Shown here piece by piece: positions 15,400 to 28,872 of a stretch of 64,000 bases of DNA. The position numbers and the translations under genes are program-made. The notes beneath the pieces are model-generated. The model made no database searches, was not told where the DNA came from, and saw only the letters and a list, made by a program, of their open reading frames with translations. Position 1 is the stretch's first letter. Each line of letters starts with the position of its first letter. This stretch comes from Chrysomallon squamiferum (lineage: Eukaryota; Animalia; Mollusca): NCBI GenBank assembly GCA_012295275.1, contig CM022673.1, forward strand, positions 15,996,001-16,060,000, given 5' to 3'.

Positions 15400-15910
15400 A
15401 CAGTCCAAGTCATCAGCATATTACCAATAAGCCTCTGTATTGCAAAGGTCTAATACTTCATATATTTCGAATTCTCTAAATATCAAAGGTAAAGACTGTT
15501 GTGCAACAAACATCAAGTCAATTGTACACCAAAGATCGAATCCTTTGCACATCAAAGGCCATGTCCTCTATGTATCAAGGTGCATGTACGATTTTACTCT
15601 GTATGTCAAAGGACTTTACACCTGAATATCAAAGATTAAGTCCCTTGCATATCAAATGTCAAGTATTGTGTAGCAAAATTGAAGTACTTTGCATATCAAT
15701 GGTTAAATCTGCTGAAAATTAAACATCAAGCACTGCAATATCAAATGTTTATTATTCTGAATACCAAATGTCATACACTATGCATGTGAAACTTAAAAGG
15801 TGAAGTTATTAGTAGATCCAGTTTTCTTCATTATAAAAAGTCATGTCCTCAATAAATAGGTCATTTTGTCAATATATTAAGGAATATCTGGATATTAAAG
15901 GTCAATTTAA
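15400..15910. repeat. Old degenerate tandem array of about 23-bp period (core tgcatatcaaaggtcaagtcc)
   Basis: Recurrent tatcaaagg/tatcaaatg cores at roughly regular spacing. Confidence 0.65.
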
Positions 15911-17649
15911 AATTAAATATTATTTATTTATTATTCATTTTTTATTTATTTCCATTAACAATACAAGCTAAGATGAATATACAAGAAAATAAATAAAACA
16001 TTATCAGCCTTCTGTTAATTTAAACAATCTACACCATATTAAAAACACAACAAACAAAACACACCAGATTTTGCATTACAAACAAGAACTGCAGGTACTA
16101 AAAGCGTGACTAGTCCGATACGACTATTTTTAAGCTTACACTGTTCACATATTTGGTTCATACAAACTTAATACTTATTCTGTTATTCAGTGCACACTCT
16201 TTCATTTCTAAAACAAACCACGCAAAAACATCTGACCCATATTGCATTCATACTATTTTTATGTCATTATGTCAAAAATTCTTGTATACCATCATCATGT
16301 GCAGGGCAACAGAATTTCAGGCACTTATGTCGTAAACATAGTACGAAGTTGACAATCTTGCAGTATTCACTCTCATTTCCTCAATCTTTAAGAGCTCAAT
16401 TATTTATTTACTGGGGGGTTTTGGGGAGTTTTTAGTTGTTGTTTTTGTTTTTTTTTTTTTTTTTGGGGGGGGGTGTTGTTGTTTTTCTGTTTCATGGAAG
16501 ATTATTTCCAGAAATATAATTTTATAAATAAATAAATGTTTAACCATTTAAATAATAAAATCTTAAAAGTATATTGTTTACAAACTAGGTCCTTTAAAAA
16601 CTTTACATGATCAAACCAAAATCAAATTTTCATGATGCAAGAATATTAACTTGCCACAAATGAATTCTATAAATAACTGTTCAGTTCTGTAACACATATA
16701 TATTGATATTACTGCATTATGATGTACAAGTACAATTATAACACTGTTTAGTACATAGATCCCAATTATAGTCATGTATTGTCTAGCTTTGCATATCCTA
16801 AATACAAGTCCCTATTTCTACAAGAGTTAAACTTTATAAAATATAAATTGTTCTTTAAAATATGATTAAAAATGTAGACGCACCATGTTATAAAAATCTC
16901 TAATACCTCTAATTTTAAAAAGAATAAATTTTATAATTACTGCATAAAGCTTAATTTTTCATAATTCAAGATAAAAATAATATACATTTTCCCTTTAAAA
17001 TACATCTCAGCACTGTTTTAAAATAATAATCAAAGCTTTAAAATTATTAGAGGTTTCAAACAAAGCCCAGTAAAACAATTTTCAGTTGTAAAATTCACTT
17101 TGTTATGTATAGTTAAAAGATTGTATATAATCCAAGATGTGACATTTTAACTGCATATTCAAGAAGCATTTTACTATGCAATGTAACATTTTAAGTACAT
17201 TTCAATATTACCAGAATCATTTTCAGTATTTTCAATTTTACCATAAACATTTTCAGTATACATTCAATATTACAAGAAACATTTTCAGTCTGTATCCAAG
17301 ATATTTTTATATTATTATTATCCATGGCATTTTTATCACATTTGTGATATTCAAGTAAAAATAATCATTATATTATCCAAGATATTTTGGCTTATTATCT
17401 AAGGCAAAAAGAAATTTCAATGCATTATCGAAAAACAACAATTAGTGTACATGATCCAAGATTCCATTATTGTTCTGTGCATTACCCAAGCAATTATATT
17501 TATGTAATTTCAAAAAACATATATAGCTTATTATCAGATTTAAAAGTCTCAAAATATTATCTCCAAGTCATTATTTCTAGCAATTTTAGCAGTTATTCAA
17601 ATGTTGCATGATGTAACAAATTGTGTATACTTAAAGTTATTTCATTTTC

Positions 17650-17825
17650 TCACATCCCCATTTGCATTTCAGCAAAATTGAAGAAATTTTCTATCTGCTG
17701 TGCTGCTAAGTTGGCATTCTGGCTGACAAACACCAGTCCTGTCGTCCCCTTCATCAAGTCCACTACAACTTTCTGACAGTGTGTGATGACACCATCGCCA
17801 TTAAACTCAAGTCCTATCACAGGAC
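17650..17825 (-). CDS. RP2: RP2 exon 9 ([10 protein letters not shown]...AEMQMGM stop)
   Basis: ttatag acceptor, TGA at 17652-17650. Confidence 0.93.
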
Positions 17826-20800
17826 CTATAACAACAAAACACAAAACTCATTTTCTAAATTTTTTATTTTTTTATTTGTTTTTTAAAACAGTTGGATTTT
17901 GAGCACCCTAACTGAATTTTGGACAAAATAAGTGAGAAAGGTTGTTTTTGTTTTTGCTAGGTTTGTACTTTGTTTTCAGCAGGTTTTCTTAAATCTTAAA
18001 ATTTTTTAAATCTTATACATGTTTTTTATATGTCACAATAATTTTTAGGTTTGTACTATGTTTTCAGCAGCTTTTTATTGCCTGTCCTATCAAAATGTTT
18101 GCCATATGTTTTTAAATACTGTTTCTTCTATTAGTTATTTTTAAATCTTAAATCTTAAATTTTTTTTTAAATCTTAAACGTCTTTTTTATATGTCATAAT
18201 AATGTTTGACTTTAATCAAAGATTACAAATGTTTTCTCATTATGAATAAAATTAAAACTTCCTGAAATTCAAGGATATTTAAGTACTTAAAATATTTTTT
18301 ACAGGTTTTAAACCAGTGAGAAGTGTTAAAGCATATAAATGGTTTGTTTACCTTGGCGGACTGCCAGTGAATATGAGTCCGTACCAAACACACGTTGAGC
18401 ATCTGCTGGTTGCATGAAACTTCCTTACTCTGCACTAGATGATAATGCATCTGAAAAAAAATTACAGAAATAACTAAAACAATGTCTAAACTAATTTATA
18501 CCCACATGAGTTTAATGTTTGATGTTATATCATTTGGATGTTTTTAAAAATGAAGATCTGGATGGGATGGATGATGGATGAATGGATGAATGATACAGAA
18601 AAATAATTAAACTCTACATGAATCAAAGTATGTTTCACCTGCAAGTCATTACACAATAAAATAAACAAAAAAACTGACCTGATATGAGTTACATGCTCAT
18701 CATTTATATCTGTATTAATAAAAATTAATCTGCTGTGATAAAAATAACTTTTATTTTGGGAAGAATTCAGTTTTAATATAAAGATGTAACAGAGTAAATC
18801 AATTTTGAAGTCTAAAGCAGTAACTTACTTTATTGGATTTCAGTTCCTTAATTACAGTCATTGCCCTGTGACTAGCACTTCCATCATCAAAGAAAACCAC
18901 CAAACATGACTGAAAACACATAAAAATAAACTGTAAATAATTAACCTAAAACAAAACATAAATTGCTATATATATTACATATCAAATTCTAAGTCAAATG
19001 GGCTTTTGGCTTGTTAATGATTTATATAAACATTTAATGGCAAATAATATACAAGAGAAATGAGAATTAAAATATGATTTGAACCAATATTTCTATGAAT
19101 ATTTCACATTCTAGTGGTGTAATTTTATATTTAATGTAAATTTTATTAACTTTATAATTTATTATTATACAAGAAACAAAAAACTGAATTAAGTTCTTAA
19201 CACATATTTCTAAAATCATAACCCATTTTTTTACCCTTCTAAATTCAAAAAATAAAAGAACTCTAATTAAAATGTGGGATACAGGAATAAAGACATCCAA
19301 ATCAAAACTATTCAAGTTTTAAGAATATCTTTAAAAAAATTTATCTTTGCTTTTCATGTCAACTATTAGTAATAGTTTTTGTTATTATAAACCAAAACCA
19401 CTGCAGTAACTATCTTCAAAAACTAAATTTTTATACTGTTAAAAATGAAACTAAGATAATTTCATGAAAAGAAATTTTTCTTCACCTCATCAGATGTCTT
19501 GCGTCTCGTGCCCAGTGTCAATGGTACAACACTTTTGTTAGGGTCAGTGGAGATTCCGACACAAGCAAACTGGTCAGCTGCTGGTAGTGGGACATAGTCC
19601 TCCACTTTTGCATCCTAGAAAAGAAGTCAGATAATGCAATCACTGAAATCAGCATTAGTCAGAAAGAGTCTTATTTTTAAGCAGCTAGATCAAGGCATTT
19701 TATTGTCAATTATTAACACCTGGAACAAACAGCTAGAACAAATAACCTTGTTTTAATATACAAAGAATTAGCAGCCTGATTTTCATGCACCCAGAACAAA
19801 CTTATTTTAAAACAGCTTCATTTTAATATATCAAGAATTAACAGCCTCATTTTAATACATGAAGTTTTAAAACAGCCTCATTTTAATATCAAAAATTATC
19901 CGGCTCATTTTAATATATAAAGAATTAACAGCCTCATTTTAATATATCATGAACTAACAGCTTCATTTTAATACATCATAAACTAACAGCTTCATTTTAA
20001 TATATCAAGAATTAACAGCCTCATTTTAATATATCATGAACTAACAGGCTCATTTTAATACATCATAAACTAACAGCTTCATTTTAATATATCAAGAATT
20101 AACAGCCTCATTTTAATACATCATAAACTAACAGCTTCATTTTAATATGCCATGAACAAACTGCCTCATTTTAGTATCATGAACTAAAATAGTCTTTTTA
20201 ATATATCAAGAATTAACAACCTCATATTAATGTATCATGAACTAACAGCCTCATTTTAATATATCAAGAATAAACCTCATATTAATATTTCATGAACAGC
20301 CTCATTTTAATATATCAAGAATAAACAACATCTTATTAATATATCATGAACAGCCTGATTTTAAACATCTTGACCAGCCTCATTTTCAGACATATTTTTA
20401 AAGAACTATATAGTTTCTTTATACCTGCGTGTCCTAATATATATGTAATGTGGATTTATGCTCTCCAATAGGTGTTTGAGTACAAATTTAAATACATGCA
20501 TTGCACATATTCTTCTTTTCTGAATGATCATTACACTAAAATAATCTCTTCTTTGATCAGATTTAAAATGTACCTCAGGTATAAAAGAGAAATTTATCTC
20601 ATCAGGTACTGGTGTGAAATCGTGCATGTTGTACCAGTTGTTAGCAAACACACTTCTCCCTGCTGCATGAAACTGACCTGTAAACAAACAACTACTTTAA
20701 TTAAACAAACAGCAAACAAAACATCAGTCAGTAATGTAAATAATGAACAATAAATGAGTAATAAGCATGAAGTTCTATACCCTTGTTGTAAATATAGATT

Positions 20801-23800
20801 CACAGAGTTTATGAAATGAACCTTATTTTAGGCCAGAATGGTTTCTTCTACTGTTTGACATCTATTATACTGTTCATTTTCACTTTACCTTTATTTCAAA
20901 GTGGAAAGTTATATTTGTGTGTTGGACAACAATCCTTTTCACATTTCTGACATAAAATAGAACATTATTATGAGTAGTACACAAAGAGGCAACTGGGAAT
21001 CAATTTATTAACTCAACCAGTTTCTTACATCAAGGATCTCAGTTCAGTTTCTCTTGTTTACCTTTATTAATATTTTTAATGTAAATATAGAGAAAATTAA
21101 ATTCAAATTTTAATTTTACTACTCTCACTATTTACTGTGTTTACTAACTGGTATTTTATTATCATTCACAGTTGGGTATTTTGGTAAAAACAGTGGACAT
21201 CATAAGCAAGTTTTGTTAATAAAAGTATTAACCACTTTTTTCAGTCCTTGCCGATTTGGGGACATTGAGGAAATAACAATGTGATAATTTCCTTGAGATG
21301 TAACAATAATTTTATAGATAAACTATATTGATTTGTTATAAAGTTGAACACATAAACAAACCTTCAAGTTCTGGGTAGAAATACTGAAAACATCCAACCC
21401 TTATTCCATTAGTGGCCTCAATGATAGGCTGAGTGTCACAGCACAGAAACACATCCAATTTACTACAGTCCCGGGTTCGAAACTGCTGACAGGCAACTAT
21501 TAGCCGACACTGTTTACAGTCACGAATAAACACACTGAAATTTAGATTATTAATTTGAAATAATATTGTTTATATTAAAAAAAAAAAATATATATTTTAA
21601 TCAGTAAATATTAAATACTGAATTAAGCTAGTGTTTCAAAACAAATGATCATTAGATTATCAAAAAATGTCATCAGTTTTCCTGCACAAAAAGTTCAGAG
21701 CAAACAAGGTAGTTAGAAAATATACTTGAAGTCATTTGGAGTAAAGTATTTTACAAATACTGTAAAAGCAATTGGAAAATTGAATATTTTAACATTTTCT
21801 TTAAATATTTTCATATACAAATACATCTGCCTCATATTCTAACACTTTGGAAACCACATAAAACCAAGCAGTTATTATATTAAAATTAACTCATACCTTG
21901 TTTTAACAGGTCCTAGAAATATGTTACAGTTAATACAGTCATCCACTGATATTGTAGCTGAGTGGTCAAAAATGTAAATACTAGAATCCTGAAAAAAAAA
22001 TTAAATAAGAAAAAAAAAGAAAAACACGTAATATATTATCAATGTAACAATTATATATTTACACATCAAAAATAAATATTTTTTTCCATATAATGAATTT
22101 ACCTGAGTTTTTATGACTGTACAGAACAAATAAGAACAAAGGAACAAAACAAATTTCAGTTTTCACAAATATTTACATTATCTTGAACCAAATTCATATT
22201 CACAAACCTTTAGTTAATATTCATATACATTTATAATTTAATTTAAAGGAAAAGAAATTGATAGATTTTCTTAAATAGAATATAATTCAGCCGAAGATAA
22301 TTATCACAGGCATCTTCTAATATAATTACTAAATAATAATTACCTTCATTTACAAATAAATCCATTAAATATACAATCAAGAAAACTATTTTAGGAAAAT
22401 TAAGATTTGTTTTGTTTGATAAATCAGCAAGAGTACACAGATTCATTTTGTAAAATAATTATCAACTCTGCTGTTATAGAGATAATCATATTTTTCAGCT
22501 AGTTTTTCTTATCACTACAAATTATGATGATCTTTTGTTCAATACTTCCCCAAAGACAGAACAATACATACCATGCACACTGAAGTACCATTTAGAAGAA
22601 CTAACAGGGACACAATAGTATTCAAAATGGCACTAACAGGAACATAACATATTCAGTGGCAGAGGATCTAAACTTCAAGGAACTAGCTGTTACCATCAGT
22701 TACTCTATTTTGATAAAATGTTATTCAGTGATCACTTCAGCACAAAACTCTGAAGGTTTAAAAGAAGATGAAAATGTCTGCTCATACCTTGCAGTTCTTT
22801 ATGATAAACTGTTCTCCACTGACACTGCCAGGCAACCGGCCCCCTATTTCATTGTCCAAGTTCTCTATTGTGTAATCTTTGATATTTTTCTTTTCCCTAC
22901 GATCCCTGTAAATAAACAATGTAAATTTTGGTTAATTTTGAATGGTTTTACTGATTTTAACTTTGTGCAATTCCAGTGGAGAGTATATATGTGGCTTTTC
23001 CAATTGCCCATTTCAGATTTGAATATATACTGAACTGAGAATTATTTTAGAAATGGTGCAATTGGTAAGTTTTTGTTTTTGTTTTTGTTGTGTAATTCCA
23101 ATGTTATGAATAGAAATTAATTTTCATTGAACATAACAAAATACTCATTTCAAACAGTACATTACTATTCATTAATATATCCTATGTGATGTTAAAAATT
23201 ATTGTAATTTTTAAAAATATATGACCACATGCCCTTTTGTGCAAAAACAAAGTTTTGTTTACTTAGTTAAACCACTGAAAAAAAATATTATTTTGTCATC
23301 ATCTTTAGTTTCCAAGAATGGATTTATGTATGTTGGTCTTAAGAAAAATGTAGTTTTATATTAATGGAATTAATATTAGCAGCATGTAATTTTTCATATA
23401 CTACTTCTCGTAGACAGTGGGGTTTATCTACATTACATTTTGATAACCAGTCTCACAAATCTACCAAATATTACAACCACTTCTATAAACCAGGATGAAC
23501 ATCACAATATCAGATCTTAATGCGCACACACACACACACACTAATGTACAGATACAACATTAATCAAACAGTGAATATTTAATAAACAAATTGTAATGCA
23601 TACAACTATTGAAAAAAATGAGTTTTGGTTGATTTGCTTGTTGTACTATGATGTAATCGAAAAGGTAATATCTTGTATTACTGTTCAACAAGAAGATTGT
23701 TTGATAAATAAAAACACAAGATTGTGTACACCAGTTACATACACACTTTAGCTGGAATGGGAAACACAAGTACTATCAATATTTCTTAGTCACAGTTTGT

Positions 23801-26800
23801 ACCCAAATACTGCATAAAGATTAAAACAAATAAAATGAGAGACATATCAACAGGATCTTTTGTGTAAAAACCAAACTAAATCTGGTAATTAAAAAATAAA
23901 TAATTTCACATAATAAAACATTCAGTATCTTTTGTAATGTAAATTTTCAAAAACTAGCCTACCTTGTTTTCTGAAGGTGGAATGGAAAGGGTCCTTTAGA
24001 ACAAAAAACCCCCATGATTCAATAGTCCCAAACATGACGTGGAGAAGTTAACTGGCACATTTACTTATAAATGTTTTCCACAAACTGAGCAGCAACACAG
24101 CAAGATGAGCTACGTCCTCACTGTTCACCTTATTGGCTGTGTTACACATTAATATGAAACAAGATCCTCCTCGTCTTTGAAACCCAAGACAAATTAAAAT
24201 AAAATCCAAATCCCAAGAGTTTTATATATAGAAATATGTTCCTCAATGTCACATTCTTCATTCCAAGCCACAGATTTTATTACAAATGAATATATATTTA
24301 TTGCACATTTATTTCTATGCATTGCTTAATAATGATGCATACCAAAAGGTGTTGAATGATGGAATTAATACAGCCACAACAGCAAATAAAATGCATCTCC
24401 AAAGATGTCAAAAGCAGAAGACATCTTGAATTTATTTTAATTTAGATGCAGATATAATAAATGTAAAGTCTTTACAACAGCCCATACCAGTGAAATACAT
24501 CATGTATCAGTCCATCTCAAAAAGGATTTCATAATGAACAGTTTTAAATTACAATCAAGTTACACATAATATTATCACATTTAACAGGAAAACAACACTG
24601 TCACCTCTAACCAGTAGTCTGTTACAGAATCCTTCAAAAATGTTTCATGGGCTCTTTTCACATTTACACAAGAATACAACAGCAGAACCAGTCAAAAGAT
24701 TCATACTTAATTTACAGTGTATTAAGATAAATTCGGCAACAACTGTCTACTTAGATTAGATTAATTATAAAGAATAAACTCAGCACACAACTGTTTTACA
24801 TCATGTCAAAACAACAAATGTAAAGGCTATATCAATAGCAATTCATGTTGCAATGACTTTAATTAAATTTCTGCAGAAACATGGTTTATCTATTGTTACA
24901 AATCCTGCATAATTCACATAATGAATTAAACTTACACTGAAGAATGAAAGAATTCACCATCAAGAATGGTTTCATTTAAAAAAAAAAAATACACTTTCAA
25001 AATGTTAAAATCTATTTAAAAACATTCGTACACAAACAACACAACACAGCTGCAGTTCCATCATAAATTATACACACGCTGCTATTCAATTAAAACATAC
25101 CAGCACAACAAAAGATTAACAACACCACAAAGATGTCATATGAGAATAATCATCAGATCATATTTGACAAAGGATTATTCCTAATCCTGTTTTATCATCC
25201 TAATGGCAAATGAAACGATAAATGATGAATGAAGGCCATTTTAGCTAAACTTATTAACTATGCTGCAGCCCACCAAACATTCCAATCACACTACCGCAAA
25301 CTACGTGCTAGGAAACTGATGAAAATATTGTCAATAATTGATTTTTTGAAATAAGAACAATCTGCTGTACAATTTACATCAGAACAAAGTGTCACACAAA
25401 CAAGTAATAATTTTCTATTTTAAGAATTACTCCATCTTATTATAGGTTATTTTTATATTCAGATCAATATTTTTAAATTTTAAATTCACATTAGTTTTTT
25501 TTATTCAGATCAGGTAACTAAAACCAAAACAAAAAATATTTTTAAAAAAATTTAAAAATTGACAAATCTGGGCTAACTACCTTTAGATTAACCTGATTTA
25601 CTGCAGACAGCTTGTTGCAGTAATTGCCTAGCAACATCAAACATGGAACTCTGCACGAAATCAATCAATTCGTGTAATTAATGAACATGATTTGTTAAGA
25701 AGAGCGATAAAATAATGTTATAAAAAAATTACAAATTTTACACATGGTCTTGTCAAAAACACAATTGTTTTACTAACAAGATTATTCTTTGAAATCAATT
25801 TTTTTTTTTTTTTTTTTTTGTTAATGAGAAATTGTTCAGTTGAGAAGATGGTGAAAATAAGCTTTAAAATTAGTTTGTAAATATACGATAAAGACAACAA
25901 ATTGTACAATATACGAGTTTTGAAAGAAAGAAATTAACAAGTATTTGATTATATGGTTATTAATACATTACCATGATCAGGTGTCAAATAATATATTTGA
26001 TTATATTTATAGTTTACCATGATTAGGTGTCAAATAATATATTTGATTATATTTATAGTTGTTAGGTGTCAAATAATACATTTTATTATATTTATAGTTA
26101 CTGGGTGTCAAATAATATATTTTGTTAAAGTTATTGGGTGTTAAATAATATATTTTGTAAAATTTATAGTTATTGGGTGTCAAATAATATATTCTGTTAT
26201 ATTTATAGTTATTGGGTGTCAAATAATTATTTTTGTTATATTTATAGTTCTTAGGTCTCAAATAATATATTTTGTTATATTTAGAGCTGTTAGGTGTCAA
26301 ATAATATATTTAGTTATATTTCTAATTATTGGATGTCAAATATTGTTGTATTTATAATTATTGGGTATCAATACATTTTATTATTTTTATAGTTATTCAA
26401 CTTATTGGGTGTCATATATTTTGTTATATTTCTAACAATTAGATTTCAAATAATATATTTTATTACTTTTATAATTATATTTATAATTATTATGTGTCAA
26501 ACAATATATTTTATGATACTGTATGAGAATATGTGACATGCTCAAAAATTATTACCAGCAAAAATACCATAAACAATATGCATTTCCCTCTTACATTTTT
26601 ACAACATATATTCAATGAACAACTGTAACTGTGAAGTGATATGTGAATATTAAAATATATTACACAAATATAAAATCAATGTCTCAAAAGGTCATTTAGA
26701 AATGTATTCATCGAATAATATATACACAAGTCTGTGATATCTGTTTTCTTTCAGCTGTTTTTGTTTTGGAGAGGTGGTTTTAGGGGATTTTTGGCAGGTA

Positions 26801-27835
26801 TTTTTTTATTATTATTGATGACTTTTTAAAAATTTTTTTATTGGTATACGTTTTGTTACAATTTATATTTGGGTTTTGACTGTATTCTGCAAAAGCTATA
26901 TTGCTGTCTTTTTGAAGATTTAAAATCCAAAATAAGTTGTTTATGTACATGTATGTGTTTATTAGACATTTTATATCAATTAACATGTAATTCCTATTTT
27001 ATCCAGTGACAAAACTGAATCTCTCTTTTAGTCAATCACTTGTTTTCCCTTTACTTTTGCATTTCCTAATAAATTTTAATTTCAGACACAAACAGATATC
27101 AATATAAAGTTTATTCTTCGATAAAATTTATCTACAACAAGCTGACCATTAAAACAAGTTTTTGTTCCAACCATATTTTTGTATGATATAATCCAACTTT
27201 AAATGTATACACTGCTGCTTCTTAACTACTTGGAAAAAAAAAAAAAAAAAAAAAATCCAACAATTTATAATAATATTTAATCAATTAATGTTTAATATCA
27301 AGCAATGAATAACAGTTAGCAACGTGTAATTTTTTATTAAATGTATTATTATATACTGTGTGCTAAAAGTTATAGTGAAAAAGGAACAGTGAACAGCAAT
27401 AAAGCCCAGGAGAAATTTAGGATCAAGACATTACAATACCGTAAAATAATCACCATAACAATATTCCAATTTTTTTCAGAGTTTCTGATAAAAACCTAAG
27501 CTTCTCCATCAAAACAGTGCTGACATAATTAAATTAAGAAATAGAGATTCTCTAACATTACCTATTTATATTATTTACAGCAAAATATACACCCACCTTT
27601 GTAAAGCAAAGTGCTAAGTGGCGTACAATATTAGTTATCCTCTTTTGAAGTAATACATGAATCGTTAGCTAATTTGGTAACATATCAGTGATCATTACTT
27701 TTCGAAAAATGTTCCAAGTTGGACGCTAGTCTAGTCACTATGGAATACTTACCACGAGTATTCCACCGGTTTTTCATCCTCCACTTCGCGTAGTGGCTGT
27801 CTACTACTGAAAAATCTTGAAAATAAACAACCCAT
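17650..27835 (-). CDS. RP2: Protein XRP2 / RP2 ARL3 GTPase-activating protein (TBCC beta-helix plus NDK-like domain); complement join(27753..27835,22788..22905,21897..21988,21362..21534,20574..20677,19486..19614,18829..18909,18352..18450,17650..17825), about 351 aa if the 1-nt frameshift in exon 8 is corrected
   Basis: N-terminus MGCLFS (myristoyl/palmitoyl), [27 protein letters not shown], catalytic ACQQFR (Q116/R118 equivalents), [20 protein letters not shown] and C-terminal [11 protein letters not shown] are all colinear with vertebrate RP2 as I recall it. Confidence 0.95.
18352..18450 (-). CDS. RP2: RP2 exon 8 with apparent -1 frameshift (HLVQSKEV / [11 protein letters not shown]...)
   Basis: Homology switches reading frame at 18417-18419. 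The exon is 99 nt where the flanking phases require 100. Confidence 0.85.
18829..18909 (-). CDS. RP2: RP2 exon 7 ([10 protein letters not shown]...)
   Basis: ttttcag acceptor, gtaagt donor, 81 nt. Confidence 0.9.
19486..19614 (-). CDS. RP2: RP2 exon 6 ([11 protein letters not shown]...[16 protein letters not shown])
   Basis: ttctag acceptor, gtgaag donor, 129 nt, phase 0. Confidence 0.92.
19745..20390. repeat. 29-bp minisatellite (aattaacagcctcattttaatatatcaag), roughly 20 copies, in RP2 intron 5
   Basis: Directly visible tandem units. Confidence 0.92.
20574..20677 (-). CDS. RP2: RP2 exon 5 (QFHAAG...[18 protein letters not shown])
   Basis: tttacag acceptor, GAG|gtacat donor. Confidence 0.93.
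21362..21534 (-). CDS. RP2: RP2 exon 4 (contains catalytic CQQFR)
   Basis: ORF track 21336..21533, tttcag acceptor, gtttgt donor. Confidence 0.95.
21897..21988 (-). CDS. RP2: RP2 exon 3 ([18 protein letters not shown]...GPVKT)
   Basis: ttttcag acceptor, gtatga donor, TBCC repeat. Confidence 0.93.
22788..22905 (-). CDS. RP2: RP2 exon 2 (DRREKK...[18 protein letters not shown])
   Basis: tttacag acceptor, gtatga donor. Confidence 0.92.
23963..24015 (-). CDS. RP2: Candidate alternative RP2 first coding exon ([18 protein letters not shown])
   Basis: ATG followed by an MGxxxSK myristoylation consensus with Cys5. Donor AG|gtaggc is phase 2, in frame with exon 2. Confidence 0.55.
25947..26515. repeat. 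About 39-bp minisatellite (gtgtcaaataatatattttgttatatttatagttattgg) in RP2 intron 1
   Basis: Tandem units; they produce the periodic spurious ORF 26007..26300 ([13 protein letters not shown])n. Confidence 0.9.
27753..27835 (-). CDS. RP2: RP2 exon 1 ([28 protein letters not shown])
   Basis: ATG at 27835, donor TG|gtaagt, phase 2. Confidence 0.92.
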
Positions 27836-28060
27836 GTCTTGCAAAATACATTAGGAAGAAAAGAACTGCTACAGTAATTAGTTATTTGAAAAATCAAGCA
27901 TGTTGGTGCTAGTTTCTAATGTCAAAACATGTAAGCACGCAGCCTTTTACAGCTTCGCATTGAATAATAATCTTTATTTGATTGGATAAAAAAGAGCACA
28001 GAGGTTATTCGTTTGGCATACTGTAGTAAGATGGAATTTCAGATGATATCGGCCTGAATA
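27836..28060 (-). promoter_or_regulatory. RP2 proximal promoter/5' UTR region with a CCAAT box on the minus strand (tgattgg on +, about 27979-27985)
   Basis: Immediately upstream of the RP2 ATG; CpGs reappear here. Confidence 0.35.
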
Positions 28061-28716
28061 CATTTTTATTCTCTGATAACGAGAAAATTAAATAGAATTA
28101 TCTTTATTTTATTCATTTATTTATTTATTTTATTTCAGCGCTTCCTTTTTTTATGATTTCAGACCACTAGCATTATTTTCCTGTACAAAAAAAAAAAAAA
28201 AAAAAAATGTATTTGACATACTAATTTTATTTCTTAAAAGTAGTCAAAGTCACAAAAGACTGAATTTTCTAAAACCCAACTAAACAAATAAAGATGCAAG
28301 GGGAACAACTCCAATTTGGGTAAAATATATATTTTTTCAATGTAAGATGAATAAGAACTAAATTAATATAATAATTTATTTAATTAACAATAGAAAAGTT
28401 ATTAAAAAAAGAACTGAACATATTCAGTTTATATTATAGGACGTTGCCAACTAAAACATTTATAAACTTTAGTTTCAAAATCGTCTTTTAAGCAAAATCT
28501 GAATGTTCAGTATTCACGTAAATAATTTAAATTTATATAGATAGATAGACGTATAGATAGATATACATAAATAGATAGATAGATAGGCAGGTAGAGAGAC
28601 ATATAGAGAACTTAACAGGTGAGTTTAATATTAAATAACTGAATTCAGTATTTTTAAAGATTTAAATATTTAAACATTGCACGATACATCATTGATATTT
28701 CATGTGTGCGTGTTTG

Positions 28717-28787
<71 letters not shown>

Positions 28788-28872
28788 ATATATATATATA
28801 TATATATTGCAGAATTCATACTGTAAAAAAAATAAAATAAATAAAAAAAGATCCGGAAGAAATAAATATATG

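Noticed and set aside
19745-20390. Regular 29-bp array resembling a CRISPR
   Set aside because: The units are contiguous with no unique spacers, there are no cas genes, and it lies in a eukaryotic intron.
26007-26300. Periodic ORF ([13 protein letters not shown])n
   Set aside because: It is the translation of a 39-bp intronic minisatellite, with no start context or splice support.
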